DNA from: a virus
Lineage: Duplodnaviria > Caudoviricetes
DNA length: 31,728 bases
Virus record (IMG/VR): IMGVR_UViG_3300011439_000034
Coordinates: 1-31,728 of that record
Direction: 5' to 3' (one strand)
Numbering within the stretch: position 1 is the first letter of the stretch; each line of letters opens with the position of its first letter. Shown piece by piece: positions 1 through 8,365 of the stretch. Under the pieces are notes generated by a model, which saw only the letters and a list, made by a program, of their open reading frames with translations, searched no databases and was not told where the DNA came from. The position numbers and the translations under genes are program-made.

Positions 1-1
1 C

Positions 2-199
2 GAGCACGGCTACGGCTGGCATGATGGCGAGCTGTACCGACGCACCCACGATCGCAGCACGGGCACCGTCTCCTGGTACCGCGCCGACTCCAACGAGAGC
101 GCGGACCTGATATCCGAGCATGCTTACCCTGCCGGCACAGTCGGGCCGCGCGTCTGGAATTGGATTTCCTGTAACGAGCCCGACGCGGAGATGGACTGA
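2..199 (+). CDS. hypothetical protein, 5'-truncated (..EHGYGWHDGELYRR..DAEMD)
   Basis: Open frame from the window edge to TGA 197-199, overlapping the ATG of the next gene (TGATG). Confidence 0.6.
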   Translation, partial: EHGYGWHDGELYRRTHDRSTGTVSWYRADSNESADLISEHAYPAGTVGPRVWNWISCNEPDAEMD

Positions 200-459
200 T
201 GCCGGAAGTACAAAAGATCCGCTGCGCCTGGTGCGACCGTAAGATCAAACGGAGTCGCCAGCCAGGCGCCTCGTCGCCAGACGGCTTCCGCGGTTACGGC
301 ATGCGCGTCGACGGATTCGTCCTGCGGCACTGGCCAATCGACACGAAGATGCGCCCGCTGTTCTGCCGGCTCAACTGCGTGACGATGTTCGCCTTTGCAG
401 CGTGGCGCGGTGGGTTTCGGCGCAAGTTCCCGAACGAGGATGTGTCTGGTTCCGGATGA
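199..459 (+). CDS. hypothetical protein with CxxC/CxxxC pairs
   Basis: Coupled at both ends (TGATG, ATGA); CAWC and CRLNC. Confidence 0.6.
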   Translation: MPEVQKIRCAWCDRKIKRSRQPGASSPDGFRGYGMRVDGFVLRHWPIDTKMRPLFCRLNCVTMFAFAAWRGGFRRKFPNEDVSGSG

Positions 460-911
460 AGTGCGAGTACTGCTTCCAGGAGGTCCTTGACGAGCAGATG
501 TCGTGGCACGCCGTGCATGACTGCCCGATGCTCACCGAGAAGCTGGATTTCATGATCCTGGAGGGAAAAACGGTCCGCAGGGCACGCACCCTCGATGAGT
601 GGGCCCGCTGGATGGCAAACCAGGACGCGCGAAGAGTCCGGAACGACATCGTGCATTCCGGGCGCTACGGCGAAATTCAGCTCTCGACGATCTTCCTTGG
701 GATCATGCATCTAAATGGCGAGCTCTTCGAGACGATGGTCTTCCGCGAGAAGAACGTCGACAGGTTCGGGATGCCCGCGCCAGACGACCTGCTCTCGACG
801 TTTTTCTGGGGCGAGGGGCGGCGTTACAGGACCTACGTCGAGGCGGAGATGGGCCACGCCGAGCTCCTGGCCGAGCTCGTTGGCCTCCTCGGGCGCGAGG
901 GCCCTGATTGA
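456..911 (+). CDS. phage hypothetical protein (STIFLG..LFETMVF type)
   Basis: ATG 456 overlaps the upstream TGA; the STIFLG/LFETMVF motif resembles a common phage hypothetical family. Confidence 0.7.
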   Translation: MKCEYCFQEVLDEQMSWHAVHDCPMLTEKLDFMILEGKTVRRARTLDEWARWMANQDARRVRNDIVHSGRYGEIQLSTIFLGIMHLNGELFETMVFREKNVDRFGMPAPDDLLSTFFWGEGRRYRTYVEAEMGHAELLAELVGLLGREGPD

Positions 912-912
912 G

Positions 913-941
913 TTGGCTTTTTTCCGAGACCAGGGTACTGT
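913..941 (+). promoter_or_regulatory. putative sigma70-type promoter TTGGCT-N17-TACTGT
   Basis: Intergenic, 17-bp spacer; shares AGTTGGCTTT with the promoter at 5007. Confidence 0.45.
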
Positions 942-978
942 TCTGATAGAGGCGTTTTGCCCAGCGAAGGAAGACAAC

Positions 979-1191
979 ATGGTGAAAAGTCACGAATCAG
1001 GCAGCCCCCCTTCTCCCAAGCGGACGATCAGTCGCGGCAGTCCGAGCGACCGAACCGTCAAGCTCCTTGTCCGTCTCTCTCCCGGCGATCTTACTCGCAC
1101 GGCTACAGCATTTGCTGGGCAGGAACGAGACTCCGCCGAGTTCTTCAGCGCCAAACTCCAGGAAGCCCTCAGCGGCAACACGAAGAAATGA
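979..1191 (+). CDS. small hypothetical protein, possibly ribbon-helix-helix DNA binding
   Basis: AAGGAAG RBS before ATG 979; VKLLVRLS strand followed by helices; ATGA overlap downstream. Confidence 0.5.
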   Translation: MVKSHESGSPPSPKRTISRGSPSDRTVKLLVRLSPGDLTRTATAFAGQERDSAEFFSAKLQEALSGNTKK

Positions 1192-1538
1192 GAACCACTC
1201 TCGACAAATCCATCAACGGTCTCGTCGACGCCATAGCGAGCGATCTTGCTGGCATCGTTCTCCGGACGGCTATGGAGGCGGTGCAGACCGCCCTGGGCGG
1301 TGGCAGGGCCGTTGGAGCTTCGGCGCCAACGGCCCGGCCGACCGACAGCACGGTGCTCGGCTACGTCATGCAGATCGCGTACAAGGGCGATCGACCCGGC
1401 GCGAGCGTCGTCGAAATCGCGAGAGGGCTTCGCGTGCCGACCGACTCCGTCAAGCCCGCCGTGGCGCGTCTCGTGCGCGCGCGCAGGCTCAGGAAGACCG
1501 GCAATCGTCGCGGCTCCCGCTACCATCCGAAGTGGTAG
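1188..1538 (+). CDS. winged helix-turn-helix DNA-binding protein
   Basis: SVVEIARGLRVPTDSVKPAVARLVRARRLRKTGNRRGSRY fits an HTH plus wing pattern; ATGA overlap. Confidence 0.7.
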   Translation: MRTTLDKSINGLVDAIASDLAGIVLRTAMEAVQTALGGGRAVGASAPTARPTDSTVLGYVMQIAYKGDRPGASVVEIARGLRVPTDSVKPAVARLVRARRLRKTGNRRGSRYHPKW

Positions 1539-1768
1539 GCGGACCTCACTCTGGAACCTCCGGCCTGCTTCGACGGGTCGGCGGCTGGATCCAGTGCCAC
1601 GTCTTCTGGGACCACGACTGGACCTCGCCCGCGATGGAGAAGAAACCTCTTCCGCCCCACCTCGAGATCCATCCGGGCGACTCCGCCCAGCTCATGCGGA
1701 GGAAGTTCCGCGAGTTCGCGAGGATCAACTGCCGGCGGTGCGGTCGCAGGAACAGGGCGACCCCTTGA
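1532..1768 (+). CDS. hypothetical protein (C-x4-H..CRRC, possible Zn binding)
   Basis: GTG start overlaps the upstream stop; fills the gap between neighbours. Confidence 0.55.
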   Translation: MVGGPHSGTSGLLRRVGGWIQCHVFWDHDWTSPAMEKKPLPPHLEIHPGDSAQLMRRKFREFARINCRRCGRRNRATP

Positions 1769-1770
1769 AG

Positions 1771-1989
1771 ATGCGCCTCCGTGACGTGCGGCGGATCTCC
1801 ATGCAGGCAGACTTCCTATGGCTGCTCGCGCTCCTCGCGGTCGCCTACCACTTCGACGCGCCGACGTGGTCTTACCCGCTGTTCGTCGCGATCGCGAGCC
1901 GCGCGTCACGCTTCGAGGATCGCGCGCAGTTCGATCAACTGAAGTCCGAGCTCCTGGAGGAGCTCAAGACCAGGGAGCCAGCACCATGA
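1771..1989 (+). CDS. small membrane protein
   Basis: Hydrophobic FLWLLALLAVAY and WSYPLFVAIA segments; ATGA overlap downstream. Confidence 0.55.
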   Translation: MRLRDVRRISMQADFLWLLALLAVAYHFDAPTWSYPLFVAIASRASRFEDRAQFDQLKSELLEELKTREPAP

Positions 1990-2213
1990 ACGGCGATTCA
2001 CCGGCAGAGGAGTTCGATCGCGAGACTCACAAGCACGGCGCGTTCAGCAACGTCGGGAGCGAGCGTGCCGAGCGAATACGCGGTGCGGCCGCGGCTATGA
2101 AATCGCACGAGAAGCGCCGCCGTGATGTGCTGCGCCGGCTGTTTCCGCACGCGGACGAGGAGACGATCGAGTACGCGAGCCTGCACCTCTTCCCAGGGAG
2201 GTGGCCCGAATGA
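1986..2213 (+). CDS. hypothetical protein
   Basis: GGAG RBS; ATGA overlaps at both ends. Confidence 0.6.
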   Translation: MNGDSPAEEFDRETHKHGAFSNVGSERAERIRGAAAAMKSHEKRRRDVLRRLFPHADEETIEYASLHLFPGRWPE

Positions 2214-2602
2214 GCCTCGTTCCCACCTACGTTCGCGCGCGCGACGGCTACTGGTACGAGGATCCGGTGATCGAGTTCCCGGAGGGATTCATCTGCTTCG
2301 ACGACGACGATCCGCCGGAGCTCGTCCTGTGGCGCGCGAGCCTTGTCGCCGAGCCGGCGTCACCGGATGTCTGCCGAGCAGTGCTCGATCGCGTGCTCGG
2401 GCCGAACGCGCACACCGATCTCTGCCAACCACCAAGACTCGGCGAGCGAGCGGTGCTGAAGGTTCGCGGCCCGATCAAGCTCCGTCCGGCGTCGTGGCAG
2501 TTCTTTCGCTTGCTCGCGCGCATCCCGGCACCCAAGCGGCACTACGGCAGGTTTCGGGGGCGCCGTCGCGGCGACTGTGTGCTCTATGACTTCGATTCCT
2601 GA
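2210..2602 (+). CDS. hypothetical protein
   Basis: GGAGG RBS; ATGA overlap. Confidence 0.6.
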   Translation: MSLVPTYVRARDGYWYEDPVIEFPEGFICFDDDDPPELVLWRASLVAEPASPDVCRAVLDRVLGPNAHTDLCQPPRLGERAVLKVRGPIKLRPASWQFFRLLARIPAPKRHYGRFRGRRRGDCVLYDFDS

Positions 2603-2948
2603 TTCTGTTGGCCATTTCGAACGTCGCGCTCTTGGTCGCCGGCTGCGCGCGATCGAGCAGCGAGCCCTCGCGCTCCTCGAGCTCAACGTCGGCGCTCCGA
2701 TGTCCGACGAGACACAGTTTGAGCAGTCGATCGAATCGCAGCACGAGCTCCACATGGAGCTCTGGAGGCTTCGCCGCCTGTGGCGCGCGCCGCTGACCAG
2801 TGGCGCGATCCGCCACATCCGCTCGCTCGCGCGACGCACCGACCCGGGTCGCTCGACACAGGACCAGATCGCCGAGTGGTTCGGCGTCAACCAATCCATT
2901 GTCTCGCTGATTAAGCTTGGAAACATCCATGCAGACGTCGAAGACTGA
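2586..2948 (+). CDS. protein with C-terminal helix-turn-helix
   Basis: STQDQIAEWFGVNQSIVSLIKLG is a classic HTH pattern. Confidence 0.65.
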   Translation: MTSIPDSVGHFERRALGRRLRAIEQRALALLELNVGAPMSDETQFEQSIESQHELHMELWRLRRLWRAPLTSGAIRHIRSLARRTDPGRSTQDQIAEWFGVNQSIVSLIKLGNIHADVED

Positions 2949-3270
2949 CCGTGAGCTCCTCGAGCTGTTTCTTCCGGCAGCGGTTCGTGCCGTGTCGATG
3001 TGGAACAAGGACGGGGCATGGCACTGTGCTCCAGCAGAGGGCGGCCAGATGCTCACCTCGACGCCCGAAATCGTCGCCTACGCAGCCGTACAGCTTGCGA
3101 AGGAGATGCTCGCAGAGCTCAACCGTCGTGCGCCGCGGATCCCCGTTGCCGGCCAGGACCACGAGGTCCGCTTCGTGCCTGGCGCGTTCGGGATTCGCGA
3201 GGCGACGATCTACGTCGACTGCGATCACTGCCAAAGGCGGTACCCGGTGCACCTGAGGACGGGGCCGTGA
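2929..3270 (+). CDS. hypothetical protein (C-terminal CDHC)
   Basis: Fills the gap in the tiling; codon usage like neighbours. Confidence 0.55.
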   Translation: MQTSKTDRELLELFLPAAVRAVSMWNKDGAWHCAPAEGGQMLTSTPEIVAYAAVQLAKEMLAELNRRAPRIPVAGQDHEVRFVPGAFGIREATIYVDCDHCQRRYPVHLRTGP

Positions 3271-3301
3271 GCGACGCGGTGGTTATCACGCGGGTGTCGG
3301 C

Positions 3302-3856
3302 ATGAGCCCGCGCGGCTACGAGGCCGAGATTTCCGAAGACGGACTCTACCGCTACTGGCTCGAGCGGCGGGACCTGTGGGGGCCCGAGCTCGAGCTCTTC
3401 GGCGGTGCGAGCAAGAAGCCCGAGGGCTGGTGCACCTTTGTTCTCCTAAATCCGAGCACGGCTAACGCGCATGTCGACGATCCGACCATCCGGCGCTGTC
3501 GCGGCTTCGCCACGGGGCTCGGCGCTGAATCCTTCGCAGTTGCGAACCTCTTCGCGTTCCGCGCGCCCGAACCAGCCATGCTTCTCTACTGTTCCGATCC
3601 GGTTGGCCCGGAAAACGATTCCGCCATCCGGCGCGCGCTCGGCACCGGCGGGCCTGTGATCGTTGGGTGGGGCGCTATTGGCCACAAGTGGCTCCGTGAG
3701 CTCGCGCGTCCCCGCGTGCAGTTGCTTGTCGATCTGGCCGTCGGGACCGGGAAGGAGCGCCTGTGCCTCGGCACGTGCGCCAACGGGCAGCCCCGGCATC
3801 CGCTCTTTGTTCCGGCAGGCACAGTCCCTGTCCCGTGGGCCACGAAGATTCCCTGA
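3302..3856 (+). CDS. DUF1643 family protein
   Basis: YRYWL, LNPSTA..DDPTIRRC, NLFAFRA..P, N-D, VGWG and PRHPL motifs typical of DUF1643. Confidence 0.88.
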   Translation: MSPRGYEAEISEDGLYRYWLERRDLWGPELELFGGASKKPEGWCTFVLLNPSTANAHVDDPTIRRCRGFATGLGAESFAVANLFAFRAPEPAMLLYCSDPVGPENDSAIRRALGTGGPVIVGWGAIGHKWLRELARPRVQLLVDLAVGTGKERLCLGTCANGQPRHPLFVPAGTVPVPWATKIP

Positions 3857-3900
3857 CGATCCGCTCAGGTCCTCGGGGCCCCTATTCCGAAGAGGTGGGC

Positions 3901-4305
3901 ATGAAGGAAGCCCAAGACAGCGCGAGCGCCTACGCGGCCGCGACGCAGATCCTGCGCGATTGCAACCACGCCGATCGCCAGCGTTTCGAGTACCGCTCGA
4001 ACGGTTGCAGCCATCTCTCCTGCTTCGAGTGCTGGAACGAGTACCTGCGCGCGCACCGCGCGGCCCGCAAGCTCCAGCTCGCCGAGCACCGCGCGACGCT
4101 GCCGGCCTGCGAAGGCGAGCACGCGAAGCACACACCGGCCCGCTGGTCGATCTCTGGCGTCCACCTCTGCGGCCGCTGCAAGACGAAGGCGAAGAAGGAG
4201 CTCTACCGCCGTGCGGCGAGCGCCGGCAACCTGGCCTTCCTCCACATGTTCGCCCCGCCGAGCGCGGCCGCGGTGCGCAACGCAGCGAAGGGCGGTTCCA
4301 AGTGA
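3901..4305 (+). CDS. Cys/His-rich hypothetical protein
   Basis: GAGG RBS before ATG 3901; CFEC, CEGEH and CGRC; GTGA overlap with the GGDEF gene. Confidence 0.65.
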   Translation: MKEAQDSASAYAAATQILRDCNHADRQRFEYRSNGCSHLSCFECWNEYLRAHRAARKLQLAEHRATLPACEGEHAKHTPARWSISGVHLCGRCKTKAKKELYRRAASAGNLAFLHMFAPPSAAAVRNAAKGGSK

Positions 4306-4877
4306 ACGCCACCAAGCGCGCGCTCCGCCGAATGCGACGCGAGCTCCTGGAAACGCGCGAGGCGCTCGCGAAGTCCAACCGCGAGGCTCGCACCGACGAT
4401 CTCACGGGCCTCTGGAACAAGCGCGCGTGGCGCGAGTTGATTGGGTCCTGCACGAGCGCCGGCATCACGTTCTCGGTCGTGCTCTTCGATCTCGCCAACC
4501 TGAAGGCGGCAAACAGAGCGCTCGGTCACGAGCAGGCGGACTGGCTCTTGCGAGACGTCTGCCGCCACATCCGATCGGGCGACCAGGTCGGGCATCGAAT
4601 CGGTGGCGACGAGTTTGCAGTGCTCCTGCCGAACGTCGATCGCGACGACGCGCTCCTGGTACGCGATCGCATCGAGAGCGCCGTTGGCATGCGCCCGCTG
4701 CGAGCGGGTCTCGATGTCTTCCTGGTGGGAGACGTGCTCACCTGGACGCCACACGGGCCATCCATCACGGCGCTCCTGACGCGCGCCGACTTCGATCTCG
4801 AGCGGCGCAAGCGCGAGAAGAAGCGGGCACTCGGGCAGCCCGAGAGCCGCGAGGCTGCGCTGCAACTGCTCGGGTAA
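4302..4877 (+). CDS. stand-alone GGDEF diguanylate cyclase (191 aa)
   Basis: TDDLTGLWNKR, FDLANLKAANRALGHEQAD, RSGD, RIGGDEFAVLL and C-terminal RAD..K; short N-terminal coiled coil; GTG start overlaps the upstream TGA. Confidence 0.93.
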   Translation: MNATKRALRRMRRELLETREALAKSNREARTDDLTGLWNKRAWRELIGSCTSAGITFSVVLFDLANLKAANRALGHEQADWLLRDVCRHIRSGDQVGHRIGGDEFAVLLPNVDRDDALLVRDRIESAVGMRPLRAGLDVFLVGDVLTWTPHGPSITALLTRADFDLERRKREKKRALGQPESREAALQLLG

Positions 4878-4888
4878 GGCGCCACAGC

Positions 4889-4916
4889 TTGCGAACGTAG
4901 CCTGCGGGGCTACGAT
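4889..4916 (+). promoter_or_regulatory. putative sigma70-type promoter TTGCGA-N16-TACGAT
   Basis: Intergenic hexamers close to consensus; the spacer overlaps a CGTAGCC/GGCTACG inverted repeat. Confidence 0.4.
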
Positions 4917-4958
4917 ACCTGGCGCTCTTGCGGGGCACCTTTCATGCTTTTGCCATCC

Positions 4959-5002
4959 GAGGGCCCCATCCCCTGGTTACGTGGGGGGGTGGGGCCCTCT
5001 TC
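4959..5002 (+). terminator. strong GC hairpin, putative intrinsic terminator
   Basis: GAGGGCCCCA (4959-4968) pairs with TGGGGCCCTC (4990-4999) and the stem extends inward; the U-tract is weak. Confidence 0.5.
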
Positions 5003-5006
5003 GTAG

Positions 5007-5035
5007 TTGGCTTTCGTTCGAACCGTTGGTAGCAT
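5007..5035 (+). promoter_or_regulatory. putative promoter TTGGCT-N17-TAGCAT with TG extension, driving the recombination operon
   Basis: 17-bp spacer and TGn extended -10, upstream of the RBS-bearing ATG 5099. Confidence 0.55.
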
Positions 5036-5098
5036 CCCGCCCGTCGGTGGCCGTCGCGCGAACCCCATGCTTCGGCCCAGGAAGGAAAGGAAGCCCCC

Positions 5099-5584
5099 AT
5101 GACAAGTACCCAGGCTGCACCCGGCCTGATCCCGCTCGCCGCTGCCCTGTCAGCAGCCAAGCTTGCGGAGGACGCGGCGATCGCTGCGCGCGTTGCGGTC
5201 GAGGAGCAAATCATCGTATTCCTCGACTTCAAGAAGCCTGAAGGTCAGGAGACCTTTGATGCCGAGAGTGGCGCGGGATCCGTGACGAGGATCATCGTCA
5301 AACAGCCGATCAATACGAAGTTCAACGGAAACGGCTGGCCGTCGCTCAGAAAAAAACTCAAGCCAGAAGCGCGCAAGGCGGTGCGCTCTGTGTACGAGAT
5401 CGACACGAAAGCCGCGCGCCAGGTTCAGACCGAGGACCCAGCATCCTGGAAGTTGATCAGCGCGCTCGTGACTCGCAAGCCCGGAAAGATCGGCGTGAGC
5501 CTCGAGCAGTTGGTCATCGTCGACGGCGAGAACCTCGCAGCACTTGAGGGCGATACGACCAAGCCGATCAAGGAGCCTGCCTGA
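5099..5584 (+). CDS. phage hypothetical protein, first gene of the recombination module
   Basis: AGGAAG RBS; N-terminal helix and TRKPGKIGV C-terminal motif; TGATG-coupled to the ATPase. Confidence 0.75.
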   Translation: MTSTQAAPGLIPLAAALSAAKLAEDAAIAARVAVEEQIIVFLDFKKPEGQETFDAESGAGSVTRIIVKQPINTKFNGNGWPSLRKKLKPEARKAVRSVYEIDTKAARQVQTEDPASWKLISALVTRKPGKIGVSLEQLVIVDGENLAALEGDTTKPIKEPA

Positions 5585-6498
5585 TGGCCATCTCCCTCCA
5601 AAACATCGTGAGCGGGCAGCGATTGAAGCCCCCGAAGATCGCGCTCTACGGCGTTGGCGGTATTGGCAAGACCAAGTTTGCATCGGAGGCGCCGAATCCA
5701 ATCTTCCTCTTCACCGAGGAGGGCCAGGGACGCATGGACGTCGCGCGCTTCGAACTGCGCGACGAGGACCCGATCCTCCGGAGCTGGGAGGAGATCCTCG
5801 AGTGCCTTTCCTGGCTCTACAGCAACCCGCACGATCGCATGACGGTCGTCATCGACACGCTCGATTTCGCGGAGCCGCTGCTCTGGGACTACACCTGCCG
5901 CAAGCATAAGAAGGAGGACATTGAGGCCTTCGGCTACGGCAAGGGTTACGTGCACGCGTGCGACGAAGCGCGCGTGCTTCTCCAATGGCTCGACGCGCTG
6001 CGCACGGACAAGAAGATGGCCGTGATCCTGCTCGCGCACGCGGATACCAAGAAGTTCGACGCTCCCGACCACGAACCGTACGATCGCTACAAGTTGCGCC
6101 TCCAGGACAAGTTCGCGAACCTGATACACGACTGGTCGGACGCGCTGCTCTTCGCGAAGTGGGAGGAGCACATCGTTCGCGACAAGGACTCGTTCGACAA
6201 GAACAAGTCCACCGCGCGTGGTGTTGGCCAGGGCAAGCGTCTCGTCTTCACCGAAGAGCGACCTGCGTGGTGGGCGAAGAATCGCTACAACCTTCCATTC
6301 CAGATGAACCTCTCGTGGCCAGAGCTCCAGGACGCCATCGTTGCTGGGATGAACGGCCCCATTCAGACTCCGGAAATTCCTGAACCTCAACAGACCGAAG
6401 CAACCGAGCAGCCGCCCGCAGAAGAACAGCAGCCGGCTGCGCAGCCCCCCAAGAGACCCCGCAAAGGCGCCGCGGCCGCGGCGAAGGAGACGACCTGA
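5584..6498 (+). CDS. Sak4-like AAA_24 ATPase (single-strand annealing protein)
   Basis: Walker A YGVGGIGKT, Walker B VVIDT, GYGKGY, LAH and AKNRY motifs. Confidence 0.92.
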   Translation: MAISLQNIVSGQRLKPPKIALYGVGGIGKTKFASEAPNPIFLFTEEGQGRMDVARFELRDEDPILRSWEEILECLSWLYSNPHDRMTVVIDTLDFAEPLLWDYTCRKHKKEDIEAFGYGKGYVHACDEARVLLQWLDALRTDKKMAVILLAHADTKKFDAPDHEPYDRYKLRLQDKFANLIHDWSDALLFAKWEEHIVRDKDSFDKNKSTARGVGQGKRLVFTEERPAWWAKNRYNLPFQMNLSWPELQDAIVAGMNGPIQTPEIPEPQQTEATEQPPAEEQQPAAQPPKRPRKGAAAAAKETT

Positions 6499-7085
6499 TG
6501 GCCCAGCTCGGAGGTGAATTTAATGCCGGCGACGTCGATCCGGCGGTCGCATTCGAACCGCTCCCCGCCGGCTGGTGGGCAATGGAGATCGTCGCGAGCG
6601 AAGTCCAGCAGGCAAAGAGCTCCGATGGTCAGTACCTGTGGTTGGAATTGGAGACGATCGAGACCTACCACCCCCAGCACAAGGGCCGCAAAGTCTGGGC
6701 GCGGCTGAACCTGTGGAACGCAAACGAGCAGGCGATGGAGATCGCGCAGCGCGAGCTCTCGGCGATCTGCCGAGCGGTTGGTGAGATGCGGGTTGCGGAC
6801 TCAGAAGCCCTCCATCACAAGCCACTGGCCGTCAAGTTGCGGGTACGAGCGGCGGAGGGGCAGTACGAGGCCTCGAACGAGATCTCGGGCTTCGACGTGC
6901 TCTCCGCGCGTATGGGACAGGGCGGTGCGGCGGCAGGGGCTCCCATGCCACCCGCTTCGCCGCCTGGCCCCCCGCGTCCGCCGAGCGGCCCCACAGCCCC
7001 ACCGCGGGTCGCGGGGCCCACGGGGGCGCCCACGGCGCCTGTCGGCGCGCCACCGAAGACCCCCACCCCCCCGTGGACGCGCTGA
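6498..7085 (+). CDS. DUF669 family single-stranded DNA-binding protein
   Basis: FEPLPAGW, GRKVWARLNL and NEI motifs; Pro-rich tail ending PPW; canonical position after Sak4. Confidence 0.88.
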   Translation: MAQLGGEFNAGDVDPAVAFEPLPAGWWAMEIVASEVQQAKSSDGQYLWLELETIETYHPQHKGRKVWARLNLWNANEQAMEIAQRELSAICRAVGEMRVADSEALHHKPLAVKLRVRAAEGQYEASNEISGFDVLSARMGQGGAAAGAPMPPASPPGPPRPPSGPTAPPRVAGPTGAPTAPVGAPPKTPTPPWTR

Positions 7086-7088
7086 GCA

Positions 7089-8132
7089 GTGGCAGCGCTC
7101 CCGCTACCCCACCAGCGCACGGTCCACGCGATCTTTGCGCGGCACGAGCGGGATGCTGATGATTGGAGGCGCCCGCACCTGGGCGCCTCCAAGATCGGCG
7201 AGGAGTGCACGCGACGGCTCTGGTACTCCTGGCGCTGGGCGACGCCGGACAGGTTCGAGGGCCGCATGCTGCGGCTCTTCGAGCGCGGCAATCGCGAGGA
7301 GGATTGGATTGCCGAGGAGCTCCGAAAGATCGGCGTCGATCTGATCACGCGCGATCCGCAAACGGGGCAGCAGTTTCGCGTGCTCTTCCTCGGCGGCCAC
7401 TTCGGCGGGTCCGCGGACGGGAAGGGTCTCAACTTTCCGGAGGCGGCGAAGACTTGGCACCTCTTCGAGTGCAAGACGTCGAACGACAAGGGTTTCGCCG
7501 AGCTCGAGTCGAAAGGCGTCAAGGTTGCGAAACCCGAGCACTACGCCCAGGTGCAGGTCTACATGCACGGGCTCGGGCTCACGCGCGCGTTCTATTTCTG
7601 CGTCAACAAGAACGACGACCGGATCTACACGGAGCGGATCCACTACGATGCCGATGCGGCCGAGGTGCTGCTCGCCAAAGCGAGCACGATCATCTTCGCT
7701 CCAGAGCCGCTGACGAAGATCAGCGAGGACCCGTCCTGGTGGAAGTGCAAGTTCTGCTTCGCGCGACCGATCTGCCACCTAGACGATGTCGCGAAGCTCG
7801 AGCGCAACTGCCGAACCTGCGCGAGCTCGACGCCGAACGAGAACGGAACCTGGTTCTGCGAGGTGCACAAGAAGAAGCTCTCCGTCGAGGATCAGCGCAT
7901 TGGCTGCGATCGACACCTGTTCATCCCAAAGCTACTCCCATGGCAGCCGATCGAGTACCGCGAGGCGGAGCACGCCGTCGTCTACGCGACCGGGAAGGAC
8001 ATGGTGATGGTCGACCGGGAACGCATGCTGACGCCGATGAAGTTCGAAGCGGCTTCGGGCACGCTCACGCCAACGGAGGTCTCGGCTCCCGACCTGCTCT
8101 TCCCCGACGCTGACGCTCCGCCGGACCACTGA
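7089..8132 (+). CDS. PD-(D/E)XK Cas4/AddB-like exonuclease with Fe-S cysteines and an extra Cys/His finger
   Basis: HLGAS.IG..C.R.LWY, GSADG, ECKT, HYAQVQVYM, CKFC..C and CRTC..C..H..C..H. Confidence 0.9.
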   Translation: MAALPLPHQRTVHAIFARHERDADDWRRPHLGASKIGEECTRRLWYSWRWATPDRFEGRMLRLFERGNREEDWIAEELRKIGVDLITRDPQTGQQFRVLFLGGHFGGSADGKGLNFPEAAKTWHLFECKTSNDKGFAELESKGVKVAKPEHYAQVQVYMHGLGLTRAFYFCVNKNDDRIYTERIHYDADAAEVLLAKASTIIFAPEPLTKISEDPSWWKCKFCFARPICHLDDVAKLERNCRTCASSTPNENGTWFCEVHKKKLSVEDQRIGCDRHLFIPKLLPWQPIEYREAEHAVVYATGKDMVMVDRERMLTPMKFEAASGTLTPTEVSAPDLLFPDADAPPDH

Positions 8133-8365
8133 TGCAAATGCATCACCTGAGTGTCGGCGAGAGTGTGCGCCTCCAGAACGGGAGGCTCTTCATTCGCGGC
8201 GAGGTCCTGCAGCTCTACGGCGACGAGCTCGGGCGCGTGACGGAGATCGACATCAACTGCTACGGCATTGGAGTCCACCGGCTCACGCGGGGCGAGGCTC
8301 TGTGGACGACCACGTACAAGATCCACGGGCGCAACACATGGACGGTCGAGAGGGAGTTCGTCTGA
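8132..8365 (+). CDS. hypothetical protein
   Basis: TGATG coupling at both ends. Confidence 0.6.
   Translation: MQMHHLSVGESVRLQNGRLFIRGEVLQLYGDELGRVTEIDINCYGIGVHRLTRGEALWTTTYKIHGRNTWTVEREFV

Noticed and set aside
3663-4301. Long N-terminal extension of the GGDEF ORF given in the ORF track (404 aa)
   Set aside because: Overlaps the DUF1643 and 3901-4305 genes and is low-complexity off-frame sequence; GTG 4302 fits the coupling pattern.
4302-4877. Hypr-type (3',3'-cGAMP-forming) GGDEF
   Set aside because: The specificity position is Asp (GHEQAD), not the Ser/Thr typical of Hypr enzymes.
4983-4989. G7 tract as a phase-variation site
   Set aside because: Short, non-coding and explained as one arm of the hairpin.
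7089-8132. Cas4-like nuclease as evidence of a CRISPR-Cas system
   Set aside because: No repeat-spacer array or other cas genes; the Sak4-SSB-exonuclease context is a standard phage recombination module.
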